Shown in pieces: positions 37,001 to 44,384 of a stretch of DNA of 64,000 bases. Position 1 is the stretch's first letter. The number at the start of each line of letters is the position of its first letter. Location of the stretch: the IMG/VR virus record IMGVR_UViG_3300033402_000312; one strand, given 5' to 3'. The notes beneath the pieces are model-generated. The model did no database searches, was not told where the DNA came from, and saw only the letters and a program-made list of their open reading frames with translations. The DNA is from a virus. A program made the translations under genes and the position numbers.

Positions 37001-40000
37001 CCAACAAGTACACGAAGGTGGACGAGAGCGGCGAAATTGTCCGCGACACAGGAGGTCTCGCAACCTACCTCTCCCCGGAGGAGGTGAAGGCGAAGGGTCT
37101 TCCCGAAACGGACACCGCGATTTTCGCCTTCATCATGGACGGGGATTGCGTAGGCCAAGCGTCTGATGAATGGGGCGCGGACGGTGTCTGGGTCGCCCCG
37201 CAAATTCAGCGTCAGGGCCTAGGCACCGAACTCCTAACCGAGCTAAGAAAGCAATTCAAACCGACCCGCCAAATGGGGCAAATGACCCCGGCTGGCAGGG
37301 AGATGGCCAAGAAGTACTACAACAATTTGTTGTTGAAAGAAGCCGCCGTGCCCCAGCTTCAGGAATTGCAGCACGGCGTGTCCAAGGACTACGACCGCGT
37401 GCGCTGGGTCTATCAGCAGTTCCTCGACAGCCGCGTCCGGTCCATGCCGTGGCAGGACTTCCAGAAGAGGTTCCCGTGGGCGCAGAACTCCCCGCTGTTC
37501 ACCGAGGTGCGCCAGAACCGCCCGAGGATCACGACCGAGGACATGGAACGCTGGATGGACGAGTACGACGCCAAAGCCAAGGAGTACCAGAACTACGAAA
37601 TCGAGCACGGCACGTACCGGGACAAGGAGACATCCTTCCGCGACGTGGAGCAGCTTGTTCTGAAAGTCAACCAGTCCGCCAGCGCGAGGGAGATCGTCGG
37701 CGAAGACCCGATGATGAAGGAGTTCCTGGGGCAGGTCGCGCAGGGCAGCGCCCAGTCCGGGCACCCTGCGGGCGAGAGCACCGTGGGCTGGCTCCGCGTG
37801 GACTTCATCGACGACGACTGGCTGCTTGTCGATGAAGTCCAATCGGACTTGATCAACGCGATGGAGCTAGGCAAGCGCTTCCTCGCCGAGCCGACGCTCG
37901 AATCGCTGATGTCCAAGTACAAGAGCGAGACCGTGAAGCAGAAAATCCGCGACATGGGGGCGACGGAGCAGACGTTCCAGATGTCCAAGCGGGAGATGGT
38001 GCGCCGGGGCTACACGGTCGAGAAGCTGGAGGAGATGAAGCGGCAGCTTGTCAACCTGTTCAAGGACTGGGCAGAGTACGGCATCGCCAGCCTGATCGAG
38101 ATCGCCCGTCGCCACGGCATCAGGAACGTGGCGATCCACACGGGCGAGACCGTCGCAAGGCGGGACCCCGACCTCGAAGCAGACAAGGCGGGCATGTACT
38201 ACGACCGGCTTGCGAAGTCCTTTGGTTTTAGGAAGCAACCGTTGGACGTTGGCGACCTCAAGGGCACCTTCTGGGTGCGCACCGCAAGCGCCAAGATGCC
38301 CAAACACCTGTACCACGGCACATCAGAATCTAACATAGCAAAAATCCTGAAAGAAGGAATAAAGATAAAGCACGTCCGGCAGGCTTCTGACGGAATCTAT
38401 CTCACAGATAATCCATCGAAAGCCGCAGAGTACAGTGATTCTTCCGAGGTTCTGAGGATTGACACAAAAGCCCTAGATTCGAACAAATTGCGGCCTGATT
38501 CCGACGACCTACAAGCCTTTTGGGAGGAGCATCTATCTGAGGCGGAGAAGGAACAATACGGGAATAGTGCCAACGTCCCGTGGCAAGCTGTAGTTCACGA
38601 TTTGACCCAGATTACCTACGTTGGGGATATTCCGCCCGAGGCTATTCAAGTCATTCGAGTAAAGACCGCAGGCAAGCGCGACGAGGACGTGGGCGACCTC
38701 AAGGGGAATTTCTGGGTGCGCACCGCGAGTAAAACCAGCCCGGTGACGTGGGAAGAAGTTAAAAAGCATATCACTAAGACTAATCCCCATGAAGGTGCCC
38801 GAGACGCTTGGGGTGGTATGAGTGTGGAACTTCCAAATCTGGCGTGGGCAAAAGAACTAATCCAACCGAACGACCCCCGTCTTGATTGGAGTAATCTACA
38901 TCCAGCGTCAAAGCGGGATATAAGGCGCTATATCAAATTCCATGAAAAGAGCGAAAACCAAGATTGGTACAGAGGTTTTCCCGCAGTCATATTGACACTG
39001 GAGAACGGTAGGCTTTTTGTGCAAGATGGGGCGCATCGCCTTGCAGCTATTCATGAATTGGGCATTCCGGTTGAGGCTTATGTGGGGAGACAACAGGAAT
39101 CAAAGCAGGCAGGCAAGCGCGACGAGGCGACGACCAGCATGACGGTCGGGACGACCGACCCGAGCTTCCCCATGCCGGTGCTGATCCGCTGGGAGCAGGG
39201 CATGCGCTGGCGTCAGGTGCTCAAGGCGGTCAAAGCGATAGTGGGCGAGATCGCCGGGCGCAGGGTGCCGTGGCGCGAAATCCACATCTGGGCCTCGCTC
39301 TGGGAGAACCAGCAGGTGCAGCAGGAGGGCTGGGCGACGGAGAGGGCGATTGGCAACCGCGTCATGTACGACATCCTGCACAACGGCAGCTTCGTGAGCG
39401 TGGGGAAGCAGGTTGCCACGGCGACGGGGGCGGAACCAGAGCCGGAGTATGTCGGAAACTGCACCGAGGACGAGGTCGTGGCGCAGTATTTCGGCGACGC
39501 CACAAGGCTCGCCCAAGCCATAGAAAACGGCGAGAAAAGGTCGGAAACCGAAGTCTTTGATCCGACCTCGAACTTGCTGATCAAGTACGACCCGGCGACG
39601 GACGTCCACTCCTTCTACAAGACTGCCGACTCGCACAAGGTCACGCCGCTCGACGAGACGTACTACAACTCGCCGGAGAGCGGCGAGGAGACCAACGCCT
39701 ACGCCGACGTACCGGAGCGCGTGCGCGGCATCTACGACGTGCCGCCTTTGAAGGAGCTTGCCCCGCAGCTTTTCGAGAAGGACGCGGCGGGCAAAAAATA
39801 TCCTTTCGCCGCAGTGAAGCGCGTCGCCGACCGATGGTTCAGGAAGAATTGGCGCACGGTGCAAAGCGGGTGGGGAGACCAAGTAAGCTACGAAGTGGGG
39901 TTCACGATCTACCTCGACCAGAACGGCAAAGTGCAGATGACGAAGCTCGCGCAGGGTGACACCGCCGAGGTGGAAATCCCCGCCCCGCCCGAGGGGTGCA

Positions 40001-42036
40001 TTGCGCTTGGCAGCCTGCATACCCACAGCGGAGAGGGCGGAGGCGAACTCAGCCCGTGGGACGAGGAAGAAGGGCAGAGGGTCGCCAACGAACAAGGCTC
40101 CTCTTACTGGATGTTCGTCGTCGGCCCCAATCCGCTGAGTGAATCTTCCGATATACCAGGCGTGGTCATGGTGAACGACTTTTTCGAGCCTGAGACGCAG
40201 GTCAAGAAGGGTGCGCTTGAAGGCGTGGAGTACAGGGTCAATGTGCTGGATTCGCACGGCGGCGAGCTTTTCTGCACGGCTGAGGCTTGGCTGAACGGCG
40301 AGCGCGTCGGCACGGTGGACTTCAACGAATCCGAGGCGGATGTTCCTCTTGAGGACACGCGCTACTACAAAGAAGTGCAGGACGAGTACGGTGCAAAGGA
40401 GTACGAGCGTATCGCCGAAATTCCGAAGGAAGTTTGGATCAAGCATGTGTGGGTCGAGCCAACGCACCGCCGCAAGGGCATAGCCACGGGTATGTACGAG
40501 AAGATCAAGCAGGAGTTCCCCGGCGAGAAGATCGTGAGCAGCGGCACGACCCCCGAGGGCGGCGAGTTCCGCAAAAAGCTAAAAGAGCACGGCGTGCTCG
40601 CGCATAAGATGGCGGCAGACATGCCTGCCTTGGCGAGGTCAATCCAAGACGCTATTGAGGAGGCGGGACAGAAAATTCCTCGCACTAACTGGGAGGAATG
40701 GCTCAGGAAAGCGAAAGCACGTCTCAGCGAAAGAACCGGAGTGGAAGCTGATGATCTGCTTGACGACGCTATCACGGAAGCCGTAGTGAACGCACTGTTC
40801 AGGGATAACTTGGCTAAGAGATACGACCCAAGCAGAGGTCCTAGCAACTACCTGACATTCGTCCTCGGAAAGAGGGTAATGAGCGGGGGTGAAGAGTACC
40901 TGCAAAGAGAAGCGAGACAGCAACCGGAAACAATGCCGCAGGAACGTTCCGATGAAATAGAGCTTGTGGAAAACAAAAAAGACGCACAAAAATTCGTTCG
41001 CGCTTTCGGAGAATGGCTTGCAACTTTCTGTAGCAAAACACTTATGGGTTGCAAGCCTGCCGTAACCCAAAAAAGAATTTGGTTGTTGTCAATGGTGATG
41101 AAGTACGGATATCCGAAGCGAAGGGAATTAGTCGGCCCTTGGCAAAAGACATTCAATCTCAGTCTTGGAGCACTGAAAGGGTATCTCGGCGAATTGAAGA
41201 ATCTCATGAGGGAATTTGCAAGGACAGGCGGGGCTTGGGCAGAAGCCGCTGGTGCAGTCTCGTCCCTGCTAGCCAAGGAAGCTTCGTCCAAGGAGTTCAA
41301 GACCGCCCGACTTCAAAAAAACGCTGTGTACGCCGAGGCGCAGAACCAAGTCCAGCACACCGACCACGAAGCCGTGGGGATGACCAAAACGCTGAAGAGC
41401 GACCCGTTCGCCGAAGAGATGGAGGCGCTGCACAAAGACCTCGGGCAAGAAGTGCCGGAGCCGAACCCCGCCATTACGCCCAGCAAGGGCGAGGGCCAGC
41501 CGCAGGCGAAGGGCGAAGACCAGTTGCAGCTTCAGCAAGCCCAGAGGATGCAGCAGGCGAGCTTGCTAGCAGCCAAGAAACCCCTGCTCGAATCCTTGGA
41601 AGCCCTGCGCCCCGCCTTCGTCAAGGCGGCGCAGGAGGCATACGAGAACGGGCCGGAGCACGAATGGCAGGGCGTCTGTTATTGGGTCGCCTCAGCCATC
41701 TTGGAGGAGGCGCTGTCGCACAACCCAGGCTGGGGCGGAAAGGTCGTGGACTGCGGCGAGCACCACTCGTGCGCCGTCGTTTGCGACCGCAAAGAATGCT
41801 TCAGGGTTGACATTCCGTTTGCAAAGTACGAGAAGCTGATCCCGAGGGAGGAGAAGCCCGGCAACAAGGCGTACGACTACGACATGCCTTGGAGCTTTGA
41901 GACAATCGGCGACGTGGTGTTCAAGCCTGAGGACATCGAGATCGTGCCCACCAAGCGCCCGAAATGGGGCAAGAAAAGCAAGAAAATGGCTAATGACCTG
42001 CCATCGCTTGAAGAAGTGTTGGCAGAATTGGAATAG
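31081..42036 (+). CDS. giant polyvalent multidomain protein 1 (about 3,651 aa)
   Basis: Uninterrupted 10.96-kb ORF. Motifs read in order: 2H phosphoesterase (HVTI/HITI); ART/Tpt1-like (VVYHGT); Cys/His module; ParB-like (DGGHRLEAYYRAGRKTIPV); HExxH (IAHELAHH); GNAT (RQGLGTELL); second ART-like (LYHGTS...GIYLT); second ParB-like (DGAHRLAAIHELGIPV); JAMM-like (HTHSGEGGGELSPWD); second GNAT (HRRKGIATGMYE); C-terminal Cys/His module. Confidence 0.85.
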   Translation: MSLLDKKTAKQYENASTQINVPPEVAAEIARIGKKLIPDGHLAGDGRVEVLHVTIKYGVQPNEHVLQQALAGHKSFEVVLGKTTIFPEASTEATPVVIEVHGHEFEALHETVAAVMGILPDDFPYTPHITIAYVKQKEAQHYAGKDDFVGIEFVADAVTLSIFDDDNQVDVPLAKAAAEAILGGRNTKAWLLPNGRFQTWEFIEHPLVEPEMSPAIRVGRGPSGHAYAQITEPPTNAQMSALADLDKFEKGLFVEIKDKNSDTVYEGVPVRFSEIRHAVNSAFPKTAASPAVMPEIPEVVPQVPQEQPEDEEEVQRDEPATGEKREEPKRQRQPKNRLLRPKQPKQRAPKPPVQTTNFKRWFGKSKVRDDSGKPLVVYHGTTHDFEAFDPSQGNVENHYGRALYFTSSKTDLAENYATEAGPDITQRIELTAERIFNDLQEEWDEEHPGEEFPPYSSDEYQKLMEEARQQAKKQIAGQSQGVSMPVYLSLQNPVVVQKNGGTGFELNIDEDGNESGSALTLYHAMLRVAGNYHHTDAQEIWVDLIEHNGESFNAWDFERQVRNAGHYVEDDEGNLASGSFIADVYREMGFDGIIQDAYAEFGVGQYGRMKMEPGTKHYIVWDPRKVKSAIGNVGKFDPANPSITAASRQYPATEEWIGRAKKFLREKWAQRNDEMGRGEIPSNLEGACKFASLFAKELFGGRIVGNPEHQVVQHVYQIIDLTDRYDPNTFRHDKEWFGNPEHQESMQSCMPRVKQWAEEFRQKHPLESETDAKLASDYHRNVGWLLHDGSFKPLIKGESHREGAVRLGLSTDPQDMTEAFDKGAVRVSGNQYTSLEFKMLSPNIASLLLDFILQKRSDAKTITFDWFRPRRAEQEFNSVDDAVEWLDNPFAVMASAKSAAGFNKRVISIDDLPGEAKADLAAEIAEHLTAIGFQPPWQESGAVEANDLRPELFDLADPPLVTVYDAPVESLHKTLDRKYDPGDGVVRKYVEMLKSGVEFDPIFVNNGEFSDGGHRLEAYYRAGRKTIPVAEIGPFLNAPAEFWQRWLSGDENAKFAAFPKTALNVPRLVKDFGQKLVARAERDHSAPTVPPPRPGAEPATREQQVEQRATTLVNSIAQSDPSPNKEYTAWIVGNYARGGINRWEDIKSRAIPALKRFNTLKITRKLPLEERDIMKVKGMKGLEDLMEKYKEVEAISETQKEKEVEAAFFQNGGAAMVHDDPQIKVVTPKTKEAACFFGINTRWCTSAQNSYNYFESYNKKGPLYIVLIKANNQRFQFHFETESYMDERDNAVDPWDLTSQYPVLKKIFQPVVLGFMRNNANIRASFVAFVEKPTTEMMLAAVDEDPSAIDHFPNAPQEVKWRAFCRRMGFSEENYDKKLKGFVVAEYENVEEFAEERGNDTAKWAAGISSGKEDWDSDGSGFEASTVLDACKPTTIAEINEYIKFHHDASLQPWLKANEETFPLDASKIEQFMTDEGLDDVEDKLRSGWYSGEESGAQDEVIGAFKSALTDINRSTTENGTVIVFDQANMWDSKVLEILPLAEAENMVKENPGDTDLWDSSDRYHENEILKVEQPYYGFSGFSEEACNERISEEFYISDKERKERAGQQPELPLAAPAKKKRRKTKASLLEKRGVREKSVDDLGLAKKVMRELIPVLGEQLPEPELKVVNQPRAGWLGRDTWRVGIQNGKPTWGDNTTIELQAYILNDENTLRRIIAHELAHHADALVNGVEEMKKVNDKWTYKWFLRENRGRGHGMTWKQYAQKFNAKYGADFVTEKSDESYVTEEQELRPYHILLKRDYDGKLAYEVSSRISPKMKRILDRMASNKDGTEYRLTQTNDRDFYEGQLISSYYWNHPKEPEKQAKLEALWEKGQRVLPTGTAKEQDELVRLWNEAKERSKARGKAKVSDAHSDRAKTFPDADAFLKEHYTGFIPSNAYDSKDWSMWKREDFPVLLKTFTLKDGTEVELRKTGEPNKYTKVDESGEIVRDTGGLATYLSPEEVKAKGLPETDTAIFAFIMDGDCVGQASDEWGADGVWVAPQIQRQGLGTELLTELRKQFKPTRQMGQMTPAGREMAKKYYNNLLLKEAAVPQLQELQHGVSKDYDRVRWVYQQFLDSRVRSMPWQDFQKRFPWAQNSPLFTEVRQNRPRITTEDMERWMDEYDAKAKEYQNYEIEHGTYRDKETSFRDVEQLVLKVNQSASAREIVGEDPMMKEFLGQVAQGSAQSGHPAGESTVGWLRVDFIDDDWLLVDEVQSDLINAMELGKRFLAEPTLESLMSKYKSETVKQKIRDMGATEQTFQMSKREMVRRGYTVEKLEEMKRQLVNLFKDWAEYGIASLIEIARRHGIRNVAIHTGETVARRDPDLEADKAGMYYDRLAKSFGFRKQPLDVGDLKGTFWVRTASAKMPKHLYHGTSESNIAKILKEGIKIKHVRQASDGIYLTDNPSKAAEYSDSSEVLRIDTKALDSNKLRPDSDDLQAFWEEHLSEAEKEQYGNSANVPWQAVVHDLTQITYVGDIPPEAIQVIRVKTAGKRDEDVGDLKGNFWVRTASKTSPVTWEEVKKHITKTNPHEGARDAWGGMSVELPNLAWAKELIQPNDPRLDWSNLHPASKRDIRRYIKFHEKSENQDWYRGFPAVILTLENGRLFVQDGAHRLAAIHELGIPVEAYVGRQQESKQAGKRDEATTSMTVGTTDPSFPMPVLIRWEQGMRWRQVLKAVKAIVGEIAGRRVPWREIHIWASLWENQQVQQEGWATERAIGNRVMYDILHNGSFVSVGKQVATATGAEPEPEYVGNCTEDEVVAQYFGDATRLAQAIENGEKRSETEVFDPTSNLLIKYDPATDVHSFYKTADSHKVTPLDETYYNSPESGEETNAYADVPERVRGIYDVPPLKELAPQLFEKDAAGKKYPFAAVKRVADRWFRKNWRTVQSGWGDQVSYEVGFTIYLDQNGKVQMTKLAQGDTAEVEIPAPPEGCIALGSLHTHSGEGGGELSPWDEEEGQRVANEQGSSYWMFVVGPNPLSESSDIPGVVMVNDFFEPETQVKKGALEGVEYRVNVLDSHGGELFCTAEAWLNGERVGTVDFNESEADVPLEDTRYYKEVQDEYGAKEYERIAEIPKEVWIKHVWVEPTHRRKGIATGMYEKIKQEFPGEKIVSSGTTPEGGEFRKKLKEHGVLAHKMAADMPALARSIQDAIEEAGQKIPRTNWEEWLRKAKARLSERTGVEADDLLDDAITEAVVNALFRDNLAKRYDPSRGPSNYLTFVLGKRVMSGGEEYLQREARQQPETMPQERSDEIELVENKKDAQKFVRAFGEWLATFCSKTLMGCKPAVTQKRIWLLSMVMKYGYPKRRELVGPWQKTFNLSLGALKGYLGELKNLMREFARTGGAWAEAAGAVSSLLAKEASSKEFKTARLQKNAVYAEAQNQVQHTDHEAVGMTKTLKSDPFAEEMEALHKDLGQEVPEPNPAITPSKGEGQPQAKGEDQLQLQQAQRMQQASLLAAKKPLLESLEALRPAFVKAAQEAYENGPEHEWQGVCYWVASAILEEALSHNPGWGGKVVDCGEHHSCAVVCDRKECFRVDIPFAKYEKLIPREEKPGNKAYDYDMPWSFETIGDVVFKPEDIEIVPTKRPKWGKKSKKMANDLPSLEEVLAELE

Positions 42037-42906
42037 ATGCAGCAAATAGACTTTACCGTACCTAAGTGTATGCTATTACATAACATCTATGTTCTTACTG
42101 ATCCTTTGGAACCCGACCATATTCGATATGTGGGATACAGCCGACACTTGCCTGAAACTCGCTTGAGGCGACATATCATTGAAGCCCGGTCGTCGCATAA
42201 GGATTCTCGCACTTACAAGAATACTTGGGTTCGTAAATTGCTTAGGGAAAATCGCATACCCACAGCGCTTTGGATTGAAGCTACTAGCGATCCTGACGAA
42301 GCTGAGAAACGCTGGATACAAAAACTCAAGGCGGAGGGACATTCCTTGACAAACGGAACAGATGGTGGGATAGGCGGACCTCCGGGTGTTCACCGGGGGC
42401 ACAAACACTCGGAGGAAACCAAGCTACGTTGGAGCCAAAAGAGGCGTGATGGTGTCAGAAAAACTTCATCCATTTTGAAAGCCGCACAATCCAATTCAGG
42501 GCAAACAAGAACCGCAGAGCAAAAAACTCGCATCAGCGAAGGAAAGCGCAAAGCGTGGGCATTGAGAAAAGAAAAAGGACTGGACGCACATAGGAGAACT
42601 TACACAATCATCTTTCCCGATGGTCATTGTGAAGAAGTGTCCTCTTTGCATGAATGGTGTACACAGAACAAGATAAGCTATGACATGATGACCCGAGTTA
42701 CCGGGGGGAAATGCGAATCCTATCACGGCTACGCCTGCGAAACCCATAACGGGGATCGAGCACAAAAGATAGCTGCCTTTATTGTGGCTAACCCAAAAAT
42801 CAGCTACAAAAAAATAGCAACACACTTTTCCACAACCAAACCGACAGTTCTGTCTGTCGTGCGCAAGTACAACTTGTATCGCAAACAGAGACAGCCAAAT
42901 GTCTAG
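42037..42906 (+). CDS. GIY-YIG homing endonuclease (Seg/I-Tev-like) with NUMOD3-like repeats
   Basis: NIYVLTDP...IRYVGYS...RLRRH (GIY-YIG). HSEETKLRWSQKRRDG and TAEQKTRISEGKRKAW (NUMOD3-like). The ATG immediately follows the giant ORF stop (TAGATG). Confidence 0.8.
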   Translation: MQQIDFTVPKCMLLHNIYVLTDPLEPDHIRYVGYSRHLPETRLRRHIIEARSSHKDSRTYKNTWVRKLLRENRIPTALWIEATSDPDEAEKRWIQKLKAEGHSLTNGTDGGIGGPPGVHRGHKHSEETKLRWSQKRRDGVRKTSSILKAAQSNSGQTRTAEQKTRISEGKRKAWALRKEKGLDAHRRTYTIIFPDGHCEEVSSLHEWCTQNKISYDMMTRVTGGKCESYHGYACETHNGDRAQKIAAFIVANPKISYKKIATHFSTTKPTVLSVVRKYNLYRKQRQPNV

Positions 42907-44383
42907 TTGCTATCTTCTTCACTTTGATCGAGGCCTTCCCCATGGTGCTCAAGCCGAGACAAGGCACTATCTCGGGTTCAGCACTGCTCCCGAGGAACGC
43001 ATCGCGCAGCATTTCAGCGGCGAGGGCGCACGTTTAATGCAAGTACTTTACGAACGCGGAATCACTTTCACTGTCGCCCGCATCTGGAACAACTGTGAAC
43101 GAAAGTTTGAGCGGCGCTTGAAGAGCCAAGGCGGACTCTCTCGTCATTGTCCAATTTGCCTGAATCTGGGATTGATTCCCACTTCACGGGCACGAAGCAA
43201 GGCTTTAAGTGACGTGCAACCTGTCCCCAAGACCATGCAGCCCAAGACGGCCGCTGGCGCTGTGGACATCGACTGGGAGACCGGCATGTTCGAGAACTAC
43301 AAGCTCGTCCCAAAGTACTCGTACCACGAGTACGGCGACCCAATCGACGAGGACGAGGCGATTGGCGAATTGAACTGGAACATGCTGGTCGTGAGCGTGT
43401 TCGACACCGCCAAGGAGCAAAGGGGAAAGCCGGGCAAGCAGGTCGGCGAAGCCGACTTCGTGCTGCGCGGCGGGCGGCTTGAGTCCGCGAACACCGAAGT
43501 GGACAAGAGCTACTGGAGGCGGGGCATAGCCACGGCATTGTACCAGTACGCCGAGAGCTTGACCGGATTCAAGACGAAGCCACACTCGACGCAGTCCCCG
43601 GAAGGACGCGCCCTGTGGCAGCAGGGGAGCAGGCCGTTCGGCAAGTCCGGCTCGGACAAGCCCATGATGGAAATGCACCGCAAGGGCGCTGTTGTCTGGA
43701 TCGACTGGTTCGAGGTTCCGGCGAGCCAGCAGGGCAAGGGCTTAGGCAGGAAGTACTACGAGGCGTGGGAACAAAAGCTGCCCAAAAACGTGAAGCTTGT
43801 TCGGCTGTTCGCAGGTAATACGGACACCGGAGAAGCGTCGGGCTTCTGGGCAAAGATGGGCTTCGAGAATGTATTCTACGACGAAGAAAGTCAGTACAGC
43901 TTCTACATGTGGAAAGGCGTGAACGGCAACCCGACGCCGCCGCCGATGGATTCCCCCGACGAAGACCCCGGCTACGACGTCGAGGACGAACCGGAGAAGA
44001 CGGCGTCCAAGACGGCTGCAAACCGTGTGAGCGGCGAGGACGTGGTCGCTTACGTCATGAAGCTCAACGAGTGGGACAGGGACACGGCTTATCAGGTCGT
44101 GGGGCCGGACGCCGGGGGCGACTACGTGCTGCGCGACTTCCCGCTCAGCAAGCTGAGCGCAGGGGACGATTACGACCCGGAGCAAGCGGAGCAGTACTCA
44201 AGAATGGAGGGCCCGCTCCCGCCCATCGTGCTGGGGCTGGAGTCTAGGGCGCACCGCGACAAGCCGGAAATGGTGACGTACTATGTCATCCGCGACGGGA
44301 ACCATCGCGTGGCGGCGGCAAAGCTGCGCGGGGATAGCAAGATCAAGGCGTACGTCCCAGCGGACGCTACGAAGGTTAAGTAA
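42899..44383 (+). CDS. GIY-YIG-like / GNAT / ParB-like multidomain protein (494 aa)
   Basis: N-terminus YLLHF...HYLGFS...RIAQH (GIY-YIG-like). GNAT-like SYWRRGIATALY and QQGKGLGRKYY. C-terminal YYVIRDGNHRVAAAKLRG (ParB-like). Confidence 0.7.
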   Translation: MSSCYLLHFDRGLPHGAQAETRHYLGFSTAPEERIAQHFSGEGARLMQVLYERGITFTVARIWNNCERKFERRLKSQGGLSRHCPICLNLGLIPTSRARSKALSDVQPVPKTMQPKTAAGAVDIDWETGMFENYKLVPKYSYHEYGDPIDEDEAIGELNWNMLVVSVFDTAKEQRGKPGKQVGEADFVLRGGRLESANTEVDKSYWRRGIATALYQYAESLTGFKTKPHSTQSPEGRALWQQGSRPFGKSGSDKPMMEMHRKGAVVWIDWFEVPASQQGKGLGRKYYEAWEQKLPKNVKLVRLFAGNTDTGEASGFWAKMGFENVFYDEESQYSFYMWKGVNGNPTPPPMDSPDEDPGYDVEDEPEKTASKTAANRVSGEDVVAYVMKLNEWDRDTAYQVVGPDAGGDYVLRDFPLSKLSAGDDYDPEQAEQYSRMEGPLPPIVLGLESRAHRDKPEMVTYYVIRDGNHRVAAAKLRGDSKIKAYVPADATKVK

Positions 44384-44384
44384 A

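Noticed and set aside
39100-40467. 455-aa minus-strand ORF inside giant gene 1. Similar long antisense ORFs lie at 34003-35421, 44955-46667, 50337-51779 and 52008-53303.
   Set aside because: Arg/Leu/Val/Ala-rich composition typical of antisense frames in GC-rich DNA. They lie opposite a motif-rich sense ORF.
44283-44384. Upstream extension of the second giant ORF (MSSATGTIAWRRQ...).
   Set aside because: It overlaps the preceding gene in another frame and is Arg/Ser/Thr-rich. The MRWYHGTS start one codon after the upstream stop fits better.
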